Of a stretch of DNA of 64,000 bases, positions 14,904 through 26,059 are shown in pieces (position 1 is the first letter of the stretch; every line of letters starts with the position of its first letter). The translations under genes and the position numbers were made by a program. This DNA comes from Rozella allomycis CSF55 (taxonomy: Eukaryota), in contig KE561184.1 in assembly GCA_000442015.1 (NCBI GenBank), positions 1 through 64,000 on the forward strand, read 5' to 3'. Under the pieces are notes generated by a model. The model searched no databases and was not told the DNA's origin. It saw nothing but the letters and a program-made list of their open reading frames with translations.

Positions 14904-14929
14904 CGATTTATATTCCTTGAAATTTACAA

Positions 14930-15920
14930 ATGTCGATGGATTTTCTTATGTCTTTCAACGATTTATTATTAATTCGTAACATGCAATTGTTTTTAAATTG
15001 AATAGAATTTTATAAATCTCTCAGTGCGTTAACTAGGTGGAGCGACGATATTACTTTTCTTGGTGGAAATGACGACGTAAAGAAACTATGACCCTTTATC
15101 TATTAGATAAATATTGTTGTTTCCACGATTACAAGGACAGCTTTTGGATTGTTAAATTTAAAGCGTCCTTGCTTTCTTGAGTTGAAGTCAACTCGAAATA
15201 CGTGTTTCAAAATCGATGCGAAAGCCTTTGTTGCTAGATTAAAGTCATTTATCGAAACTGACAAAAAAGTTAATACTACTTCGTACATTTTTCAAATCTA
15301 TATCGAAAATGATTCATTAGTTTTTCATAGAAACGATCCGAATTTCGGGGCTGAAATATCACACTACATAAATATAGAAGATTCTGCACCTATTTTCCCC
15401 ACGTCTAAACCCCTTGAAACTTATCAATTGAGTTGGATAGCGAGATACGACCTGTGGGAAGATACAATCAACTTTATTCCTAAGAACTTTGACTTGCTTG
15501 TGATGAATTGTAATCCAAAATGTGTCGTTTTTAAAAGTATTCTCGATTCTCTCGGTATAAAATTGTGTATTAATTATCAATAGAAACGGATACCACCTTA
15601 AAATCCGAAATCGAGATAGAGGCAATTGAATTTGTGAACTACACTTTCCCTGGAAAGAATGATATTGCTATTAATTTTAGTTTAAAAGACTGGAGAGTCA
15701 GAATTTTTTTTTCATATTATAGGCCATAATTCAAATATCAGAGTCCCTAGAAGAGGATATGACATGTTTTTACGAAGAAGGCGAGTCAGTGCATTTTGTG
15801 TTAAATATATCAAATTTCTTCATCTGCCACTTTACTTTGGCTACCTTTCCTATAGAAGATCGAGAGAATTCAAAGGAAGAATCTATATCTACAATTGTAA
15901 ATAGCGACACTTCCCAGTAA
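14930..15920 (+). CDS. RAD9: Rad9/Ddc1 subunit of the 9-1-1 checkpoint clamp
   Basis: Spliced reading FYKSLSALTRWSDDITF...TITRTAFGLLNL...FKIDAKAF, then SEIEIEAIEF...IAINFSLKDWR^AII...CFYEEGESVHF...HFTLAT follows the Rad9 motif pattern. Confidence 0.75.
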
Positions 15921-16008
15921 CAACGTGGTAACAAAGAATAAGATAAGATCATAAGATAGCGAAAGGTGCGCTTTATTTAAGCCGACAAGTCTCGCAGTGC
16001 TCGTTAAA

Positions 16009-16910
16009 TCGGACGGGGAGTTTATAATTATAAATTATCAATAATTTTTTTCACAAAACAACTGCTTTCTACTTGATCATTTTTCACTTGGGCCTAAAAA
16101 GAATCTACCTACATTCAAAACATTCAGGACTTCATTTTACGGCTTTCTGATATCACCCGTGACCTTCATTTACCGTTTTCTAGTTTCTTCTTGTGAATCC
16201 CGTCAAGATAAAGTGAGTAGTATCTGTAATAAATTCCTTTTTCAAATTTAACACCATATTCTCCATTCAAAATAATCTCTATTTTAATGTCGACACTGTC
16301 ACGCATCACCTCATTGATACTATCTATCATCGAAGCACTATCATTTTCAATCTGTTCAAGATTCTTCTCAATTTCTTGGTCCGATGGAACTTTTGGACCA
16401 TAAAATATATTTCATATTTAAAATTAAAATGAAAAAAGTTGAAAACATGAAACATGAAGACAAATTGTATTGAAATGAGAAGAAAACTCGAAAATGCTTT
16501 TTACCGCAACTGTGAGAGTAATAAAATATCAATTATCAATAATAAATTCATTTATTTAATAATATATTTATTTTTATTGTTCAAAAAATCACATTCAAAC
16601 TCCCTACCCCGCGGACACTACCATCTGGAATATCTCGTCAACGACCTTTACTACAGGACCTGAAAAAGAATATTACTTGGTATATTGGATGTTCTGAGTT
16701 CATAGACCAAATTTGAAGGAAAACGGAAGCAAAAAATGGTTACAGACACACATACACACTAACACACACACACACACACACACCACTCGACAACCACCCT
16801 GGTCAACGGTGTAAATCCCTTAAAGTGAGTGTGTATTCGAAGTGAAAATGGCATTAACTCAACTTGCCAATAATCGTTTCTGAAGTCCGGGTCGTAAACT
16901 CCCCGTCCGA
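16009..16910. repeat. 902-bp unit bounded by perfect 16-bp inverted repeats (TCGGACGGGGAGTTTA / TAAACTCCCCGTCCGA) with flanking TAAA direct repeat
   Basis: Left arm 16009-16024, right arm 16895-16910. TAAA at 16005-16008 and 16911-16914. Confidence 0.75.
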
Positions 16911-16911
16911 T
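16580..16911. ncRNA. Candidate structured non-coding RNA domain, class unknown
   Basis: GC-richer than its flanks, with no convincing ORF. Nested long-range complementarities (CGGAC/GTCCG, ACGACC/GGTCGT, GGAC/GTCC), a TGGCA/TGCCA hairpin and a CA tract that can pair with GTGAGTGTGT. The minus strand ends in GATTTTTTGA. Confidence 0.4.
16746..16784. repeat. Imperfect (CA)n microsatellite
   Basis: Sequence is acacacatacacactaacacacacacacacacacacacca. Confidence 0.9.
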
Positions 16912-16942
16912 AAAGTATTATATATAGTTTTATGTTTATTGT

Positions 16943-18039
16943 TCATTTATGCGCCGTTACCAAATTAATACATTCACATTGGAACGTTGCATGTTTAATA
17001 TATTCAACAAGCCTTTCTATTTCCATACTTAAAACCTCTTTGACTTTGACTTTAGTTATTTTCGGTATATTTTTCATTATATGAAGTAAATTGACTTCGT
17101 CGTTCATTTGTGTTCTCAGTGTTTGTAATTGTTTGGCATATAAATATGTTAAACCCTTTTAGAAAGACATTTTTGACTTACCTTGACTATGTTTCTAGCT
17201 TGCAAATTTGCTTTCTGTTCATTTCCCTTAACTCTTCCGCTGCATAATGATGATTGATGGTTGATTGCTTATTAAAGGTTCATTGAAAATATTACCTTGT
17301 ACCCATTCGTTTACTTCCTGCTCCAAGGTTCTCATCTTTATGCAGTGACCTTCCTCGGAGATCCATTTCCATTGACATGAAATGTCAGATTTTATTGCAA
17401 AACTTTTCTCTAAACGTAAAGCCAAACTTGGCTTCACTGCCAAGGGAACCTATCAATCAAAATATTAACCGTTACTGAACTCGAATGATGTCGATCGTTG
17501 ATCATTGTATCAACCCACAGACGAATATAGTCTTCTCCAAAGACATTCAAGGTTTTCAAATCGAAAAGAAATATGTGACTCTGAGAAACTACAGCCCAAT
17601 ATTCATTCCAAGACCTTTTGAGAGAAATCTTGGACCCATAGAAATATGATTGGAACTTGATTGATATTTTTCCTTCCACTCTCACAATTGAATCATGAAG
17701 TAAGCGAATCGTTTCAAATGTACTGGATCTAGTCAATTCTATATGGCACATATTTTTTGCGTGATTATCAGGTCCATCAAAGTAAGATGTAATAATTTCA
17801 GTATCCTTGACCTCATTTAGGTCTGGAGTATCTGGAGTATCGGGTTGGCTATGGAAGATTATGAATTAATTTACCGTGTCCTTCTTTTTGCTAGTGGAGT
17901 GGTATACATTTGTTTTTGTTTACAATCCTTTGCAAATAGCCAAAAGCGGCTACTGACGAATTGATACAAGATTCAAACTAAATTATGTTGATTTATTGAC
18001 CTTCCGATTCATTTTGATGAAGACAGTGAGGAAGTCCAT
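16943..18039 (-). CDS. PH-domain-like hypothetical protein (spliced)
   Basis: VEGKISIKF...KRSWNEYWAVVSQSHIFLFD...IKMRTLEQEVNEWVQ fits the PH beta1-beta3 strands and the C-terminal Trp helix. Confidence 0.55.
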
Positions 18040-18369
18040 TTGAATTTTGTTGGTGTATCAACTTTGAAAAAACGTGAAAATATCTGGGGAAAGTGAATAA
18101 ATTCTCACTATTCGCAGATTTTGTGCAGATTTAATCATGAATCTAAATATTTAGCCAATAAGAGACTCCCGGCCTTCTAATATGTCTATTGAAACAATAC
18201 TCACTTGACACAATGACAATTAGTCAATATTCTGTGATATTTCTCCCCAAAGTATTGGTCGTTGAAGGTAAGGAGCAGAACATCGATACGAAAGCGTGAG
18301 ATTCATATGAATAATTGGCTTTTCGTAAATATTTATTATCAATCAAATGATGACTTTAATTAATTCAGG

Positions 18370-18885
18370 TCATGGATGGGGCTTTAAAAAGTATTTGAAT
18401 TTAACTTGTTGTGAATGTTCATGTATTTTTTCGACAATTTGATTATAATGAACCTTTACTTTGAACACCGATTTGAAATTCCCATGTGCATTCTCATTTG
18501 ACAACCATTTCAGTACATCAGCATTTGACTTGAATTTATAGTCTATTAGTGTTGGATGAAGCGTGATTGAAGTATGATTGTAATTGAGGATAGTTTTACT
18601 TTTCAAGATGGGAGAATATAAGATGGAGGGAGTCGAAGTGTGAGTCAGATATAGAGATAGTGAGACGTCTGACACTTTTATGGATGATAAAATATTAGAA
18701 TTTGATATGTTGATTTGCATGTTATCAATTTTGAAACCAGTGATAGTGAAATGATCTGGTAAGGAAACTGATGGAGGTAGTAGGCAAGTGAGAAAGGCCA
18801 GTATAGACATAAATATGATAGTCAGTAAGATGAATATGGCTGAATAGCAAGCAAACTTCTCAGTAGAAGTCGTGTGAAGTTTCAT
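18370..18885 (-). CDS. Small single-pass membrane protein, LEA_2-like beta domain
   Basis: Intronless 171-aa ORF with an N-terminal hydrophobic helix, then PPSV and beta-rich INISNSNILSSIKVSDVSLSLY. Confidence 0.55.
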   Translation of the reverse strand: MKLHTTSTEKFACYSAIFILLTIIFMSILAFLTCLLPPSVSLPDHFTITGFKIDNMQINISNSNILSSIKVSDVSLSLYLTHTSTPSILYSPILKSKTILNYNHTSITLHPTLIDYKFKSNADVLKWLSNENAHGNFKSVFKVKVHYNQIVEKIHEHSQQVKFKYFLKPHP

Positions 18886-18941
18886 AGAAAACTGTAATTT
18901 TTAAAAAAGATTAAAATGGAAATAAACATTAAATCAAGAAT

Positions 18942-20694
18942 TTATTTCATTTGAGGTTTTTCACTTTGAGGATTACGAAAGGTTTCATCAACAGAAAGTA
19001 TTAAGCAGGCAGCTTCAGTAGCAGAAGTGAGCATATTAATCTTTACTAAAGTGGGTTCCCAAATAAAATTGTCATAGTTATTAGAGACATCTTCGTTTTT
19101 AATGTCAACACCGGCCCATTTATCACCTATGGAAATAAATTAGAAATCGTTTACCCAAAGCGTGTGCCTTTCTTAGCTTATTTAAGAGGTCGGTAGCATC
19201 AAATCCAGCATTATCTATAAGTTGACGTGGAATGATTTCCAATGCTTTAGCAAATGCATTTATTATTAATTGTTGCTTTCCATGGATTTCATTCGCAACA
19301 TTCCTTAAATGTTTGGAGAGTTCCATTTCAACTGCGCCACCCCCAGCCACAATAGATTTGTGCTTAACGGCCCTTCTTACAACCATTATGGCGTCATGTA
19401 AAGATCTTTCAACCTCGGCAATAAATTGTTCAGAGCCACCACGAAGAATCATTGTGCAAGTTTTAGCATTTGGGCACCCAGTGAATAGATTGTAGCGATC
19501 ACCACCGATTTGTTTTTCTTCAAAAAAGCCACAGGTACCTTTAATGAAGTAGTTAAAACAACATTACCGAGATGATGAGGCTTAAGATCATTAACAGAAG
19601 ATTGAATAGATCCACCGACTGCTTTAACGACGCGATCCAAATCTTCAGATGGAACTCTTCCTGCGCAAAAGATATTTCTATCAGCAAAATATTGGGTAGC
19701 TAAATCCCCAATTGGTAATTTAGATAAAACAACTTGAGCCCCTGCATTAACAATCTTTTCCAATTTTTCGTAAATGATTTCCCATTCAGCATCAACAATG
19801 GCTTGGTATTCTGAAATTTGTTCAACTCTAACTTCTGCATTATCTCTCTCTGCCTTCAATTCCAATTCTACATTTAAACAAATAATTTTAGGGTTTTCGA
19901 AAGTTTTTGGTTGCTGTTCAAACCCAGCATAAGAAAATGTCTTTTTAAAAGCAACACCTGAAATCAACTTTGAATCCTTCATCTTTTCGTTAGAATCATT
20001 TTACTTGTAAGGCGCCTCCAGGTACCTTCTTTACTCCAATCATTCTTTCATTTAAATCTTCATCTAAAGATAGAACTGCATCAACAACCATCTTTTTAAA
20101 AAAATCTTGCTGCAAATGAATTATTTTTGAATTCATGGATGTTCCTGCTACTTTCTCTAAAATATCTCTAAACTCTGAGTCATCTTTATTAATAACGACA
20201 GACAATTCTTTGACTTTCTCCACGGCAACTTGACATGCCTTTCTATATCCTTTAATTATCACTTGCGGTGACACATTGTCTTCTACATATCCCTTCACTT
20301 CTTTCAACAATTCTCCAGCAAACAAAACTACACTTGTAGTCCCATCCCCAACTTCTGCATCCTGTGCTCTTGCAATATCTACAAGCGCTTTGGCTGCTGG
20401 GTGCACTATATCTAGCATCTTTAATATAGTAGCCCCGTCATTTGAAATCGTAGCTTTCCCTTTTTATCCCTCACGTCTCATTTTACCCTTGTCATCAACT
20501 ATTAACTTGTCCATTCCTCTTGGCCCAAGTGTAGTCCTAACAGTATCCGCAACAGCTAGTGTCGCTGTGATATTCGACAATAACTGTGGTTTGCCTTGCG
20601 ATGTATCAGTCTCCTCCTTTAACAATATCACTTGTGGTTGCTTTTATTTACTATTTAGCTTTCTTACCATCATTGGCCCCATTTGTCCTGCCAT
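18942..20694 (-). CDS. CCT7: T-complex protein 1 subunit eta
   Basis: [71 protein letters not shown]. Confidence 0.97.
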
Positions 20695-20772
20695 CCTATT
20701 CTACAAGGGTTTCTCTATTTCCTAGTTTCATTCCAGCAAATTCCAAAAATGTTGTTTCTGAAATTTCCCTGA

Positions 20773-21414
20773 ATGAAACCAGCAGATTCCACTCAGCAAG
20801 GTTATTCACGTTTCTTTTATTCATCCTAGCTTTTTCAAAAAATAAATCTCTGGAAGAAATAGTCACAGAACTTCAATCTGAATTAGAATCTCATGCAAAA
20901 TATTTCCATCGTCAAGCTTCTCTAGTCTCTGACTTAGATCAACAACTTTTTGAGCAATCTGATCAAGTAGCCTTATTTTAATATCTTTACCAAGTTGGCT
21001 GCCCTAAATGATAATGTGTTACAAGCTGAAGCCACTCAGAAAATGATAAATCATAACCTAGAATACATTGAAAGTCAACAAAACGACCTTTCAAATGTAT
21101 TAGACGCCCTCGAAAAGAATATTACTACCCTAAACATTCCATCAACTGCAGTTGACGAGCAGCGTCAAAAAATGTATGTTATTAACTTTTTGTAATTATT
21201 TAGATATTCATTAGCAGAAGACATCAACAAACAATTAAATGAAATGTCTGATCAAATGAATACCGTTATTCATCAAGTAAACTCATTGAACGATCAATCT
21301 GACGACCCTGTTCTTGAAATAGTCAAAATTTTGAATTATCATCTGGAATCTCTAAATTGGATTGACAAAGCGACAATTGATTTAAGACAAAAGTTGGTCG
21401 CGTCGCAAAAATAA
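20773..21414 (+). CDS. NSP1: Nsp1/Nup62 C-terminal coiled-coil protein lacking FG repeats
   Basis: KNKSLEEIVTELQSELESHAKYFHRQA, LEYIESQQNDLSNVLD, DEQRQKM^YSLAE, DPVLEIVKILNYHLESLNWID match Nsp1_C. Confidence 0.85.
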
Positions 21415-21479
21415 ATATTTATGGCATTGGCGCCTCCTTAGATCTTTACATATTGATTTCAATTTTTTATTTATCAATA

Positions 21480-22925
21480 ATGAGAGTGCGAGTAATCTTA
21501 CTTTTCTATTTAAAGTTATGTAGATGACCGATTTGGGAATCAATTTTCATGAAATTCCAATTCGGCGTTGTTTTAGGGTCTTCTTTAGTGATCGTTTCGT
21601 TACTTTTAATTTCTTCTGACACAAAATTCAAAAGAAAGAAAAAGAAAAGGCTTGAGAAACAATTAAGGTTACCTGGACTATTAAACTTGTCAAACGCTTG
21701 TTTCTTGAACAGTATTCTACAATCATTATCATCTTGCTCTAATTTAATATCGTATTTGGTGTATTATAACAATAAGGCAAAAATATTGGGGAATGAGTGC
21801 AAACTACACTTCTCGTTGTGGACACTTTTGGTTAACTTGAATCGGAATGAAAGGAGAATTTTGGATGCGTCTTTATTGATTAAAGATATAACTGGATCTT
21901 TTGGACAGTTGGAACAGCAAGATGCACATGAATTTCTTCAGTTATTTTTAAATTTATTGCTCCGCTACGATTTTAAAGCTAGCCGAATGCAAAAAGGCAT
22001 GAAGCTACTTAATTATTCTTCATTTACGCATATTGACACAACTGAGGAAGTTTTTAGCTTAGAAAAAGAAGATCTTCAATCATATTGGTATGGCTCACTC
22101 CCTTTCGTTGGATCTCTATGCACGAGGGTAAAATGTGCAATTTGTAGCTATAAAGTAATGCATGATGTGTTAAGTAATTAGAATGACATTAACTTATCAT
22201 TGTTTAGTGTAACAACCATTACTTTGCCGATTAATTCAACGTCTCGAACTTTTTGTCTAGAGGATTTGTTATCTCGACACTTTAATGAAAGCGAATTCAT
22301 AAATGACTTTATATGTCCTTACTGTACTATTCGAAATGCATTAGACAGTTTAAAACGTAAAATCTCAAACACAGTTGACAAAATGCACCAAGTAACGGAT
22401 AAACGATCCCTCTGGGAAAATAAATTAACAGAATATCAAACACTGGCTAAAAGTTTAGGTTGCTGTTTATCTTCAAGAAATAATATGAAAGAGAGTTTTG
22501 ATTCGCTAAACTCAGGATTTTCAAGTGTTCGCAGACATGCGGAATTGAGAACAGAATTGATCAAGGTTAGTTGAATGATCGACGTTAACTAGATTCCGGA
22601 AACCTTTGTTATACATATTAACAGGGTCAAGTATTCTATTTCAGGTCCAGAGAAGGATACCAGAAAAGTCATATTTCCGCCACTTATAGATATGAGTAAA
22701 ATTGTTTCTTGTGGTGAGGACGCCTCCGCCTTGAATCCTTACTGTCTTCGATCTGTTGTGGTGCATTCTGGGACAGCAAATTTTGGTCATTACATATGTT
22801 ACAAGACAGTCCATTTGGAAAGTCATGATGTATGGGTGTTTACTTCCGACGAACAAGTAAATACTGTAGATCCCAGCCAAGTATTTAGCAGTGAAGCATA
22901 TTTATTGATTTATGAAAAGCTATAA
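21480..22925 (+). CDS. Ubiquitin-specific protease with N-terminal TM helix, USP30/Ubp16-like; start approximate
   Basis: Cys box GLLNLSNACFLNSILQSL, EQQDAHEF, His box YCLRSVVVHSGTANFGHYICY. Hydrophobic N-terminus followed by a basic cluster. Confidence 0.85.
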
Positions 22926-22935
22926 ATTTTTTATT

Positions 22936-25817
22936 TTAATTCTTTGGTTCAATTTGGAATGATCTGTTATACAAGTCCTTTTCAGATAATGAAATATTTA
23001 TCCCATGTTCTAAAAAATTCCGTAGACTTGAATCTTGATGAAAATTGTATCTTTCTAGTTGAAAACTGGAGATTTCTTGAAATACGGATGAGATTAACCG
23101 ACATTTCGAAAAATTAACCAAATACACCTTGTAGTCAGAGTTTCCCTCGTGTATAAACGTTAAATCAGATAAATATATACCCCTTTGAGGTTGTAAAGAG
23201 TTTTTTACATGTAAGGAACTATTGGGCCACTGCAGTTCTTTAGATGAGCTCTGTAATTTTTGTAAGATGATTCTGTGGACATTAACTTTTCTAGATCTCC
23301 GAATTTCTACTTAATTAAAGTTAAATCATGTTACTTTTATTAATTTACGATCAACTTTTTCAAATTCCGCCTTTAATCTTTGGATTGCACCATGATTCAA
23401 CGCCGCAATACATGCCATTAGACCAGAGAAGTCTTTAAATGTGTGTAATTCCTATTATAGAAATTGTAGAAAATTACCGCAGCTATTTTAATCACTTTTT
23501 CAATAACGATGTGTGGATTTGAATCATGGAGAATTGAAGAAACTAACCACAGCACCAAGCTGTTGAAAAAGGTTGTAATGCTTTTTATGGGTGATTTCGA
23601 ATCATCGCGGTTTATTTTTAATAGGTGATGTTGCGGCTAATAAAATCAAACGTTTTGCTATTCTTTACTATAATACTGAGAAACAAACTTTGATTGATTA
23701 AACAAACCTGTTGAGCGATGGACGTAAAGTTTAATTCCGACAGCAATAATTGTTTGATGACCGGTACTGTCTTCTTTATGCTTGTCCTTTTAATTTTAAT
23801 TATTTCTTGATGCTTTCTCTATGATCAAAGGTAAAACAACATGCTTACAATATTGACAATGTTGATTAGTAAATGTTGTGCGATTGAAGGATGATCATAA
23901 AATACTGTTTCTCTGATAAATAATTCCATTTCATCCAAAACAAACTCTGTTGATTTCACATCTTGAAAATCCCTAGAGTATTGTTTAGTCCAAATCTGAA
24001 GAATTTGGCATAATTTTAACTGCTTAGAATCTCTTTCTTGTTCAAAAGCATGAAAGAATTTCGTTTTAAAATTTCTTACAAGAAAGTAGCTTTCTTTTAA
24101 ACCCTTGAAAAAAGTTGCGGGCGTGGAATGTAAGCGATAGGTGAACATCATAGTCTTTACAAAGTTAGAATCTTATATGAGCATTAATATTTTAATTATT
24201 ACAAGAATCATTGGAATGGAATTGGCTAGTCAATTTTTCAACCAAGTCTGCCCATGTACCTTCTTTGACATGCACCAAGGAATTTTTATCTTTTTCATAA
24301 ACAATAGACTGCAATTTGATAACATTCTTTTTATTAAATTTATCAATTATACCTCTTCAGTCGGTTTAAAGGTTAAAGTCAATTTATCACCAGGGTCAAT
24401 CATGTTTTCATGAAAGGAAAAATCCAAGTTCAAATCAATAAAAAGGAAATTACATTTTTACTTCGTTTTTCCTTCGAAAGACCGATCAAAGTGTTTATTT
24501 CTATTCCAAAGTACCTACATACCCAAGGGATATAATATGCTAAAGGCTTTGCAAAGCACACTTTGAAAAAACAAACAATTTCAACTTCTAAATACAAATG
24601 AATGAAAATTTTGCAAAGCTTTGGAGATATCATAAGGGTTTCTGACAAGATAAAATGAATTATTTACCCCCAATGAGATTTGACAGATTAGAAGCCGAAC
24701 TTAACGTTTTTAAAGAATTCGTGTATGCTAAACAATGATCATATGAACCCCTAGGTGTAGCATAAAAAAGAAGAGAGTTTAAATCTTTAATTGTATTACA
24801 TGGCTTGTTTTCAAAGTGCATGGCCATGTCGCGCCCATTTATTTCTCTTAATTTCATTTGAGAAAATGGTTTTATAAGCTCAAGTTTCTATTAAACCTCT
24901 GTTTAGATTTTACAAAGTTATAAAACATACAAACCAACTCATCTTGTGGAATAACTGTGTCAGTTGTTTTAGAATATAAGTAGAACCCACAGCCTTTTCT
25001 TTCGGCATCTGGCAATTGCAACCGCAACAAAGAAATGCATTTTGCGGCCGTTTCGTTTAAGAAAACCTTGATATGGTATATATTTGCTTTATATATCACA
25101 GAAGTTTCAATTAATTGATTCATTTGCCTTACATGAACGACATGATTAGGTTCAAAATAGTACTGGGTCAATTTATAATTCAAGTTTAACCATGTATCCC
25201 AATTCGGTACGTAAAGCCCAAATTCTTGATTATTTTTTACATTTTTCAATTTTTTATCAATAATTTCTTTCACAGAGTCATAATAACTATATTCTATTTT
25301 TGACATCAACCCTTTTTCATCTGAAATACAAATTGAACTTAGTGCATTCTTAAAACAAATGAACAATCGAGACTAAATAACTGCATTAAAACATATACAA
25401 TTTTAGTTTTCTGGAGTTCATCATATAATTGACAACCTTCAGGTAATGTTTCCATTAATTTGACATTGTGGCTATTTTTTATGTATCCCAAATAGTATTC
25501 ATCCAATTTACGCGTTTGGTAACCGTCAAACTGTAGATTCTTAAAAAATCTTTCTATAACGGTTTTAGTAGTATCAGAACTCTGAAGAATAAATGAGTAA
25601 ATCACATTATCAAACACAATTTTCACTATAATGCCAGAAAGAATCTTTTACGCGATATGGCATCAGTATACTCTTGATGCGTATTTAGGTCATGACATTG
25701 AATACCTAAGAATTGGTATTTTGTTAATTTACTATCCAAAGACTTTGATCTGTTCTTGCTTGAGTTTTGTGTTACAATTTGTTTTAAACTGTCTATGGAT
25801 AAAGACCTTTGCGGCAT
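22936..25817 (-). CDS. Ras guanine-nucleotide exchange factor (REM plus CDC25 domain) with N-terminal ubiquitin-like/FERM-like segments
   Basis: FVKTMMFTYRLHSTP (REM), SYKNYRAHLKNCSGPIVPYM^GVYLSDLTFIHEGN, LVNFSKCR. Confidence 0.85.
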
Positions 25818-26059
25818 TTTGATTGAACAATAGAAATTTACTTAATTCTAGGGTAATATAATATCAGGTAGAGTAATTGGCGAGGGCACTGGACTTTTAA
25901 TGTCTTTAACTTAAAACCCCGTGATCAATTCCCAATGGATGTGGTTTTAAAGCTTAATCCCAAGGTGATTTTGATTTTTGACGAATGGTTCCCCTTCCTT
26001 TACTTTATATTTAAAATATAAAAAATATCAAAGATGGTAGATAAATAATCATTAGTTTA

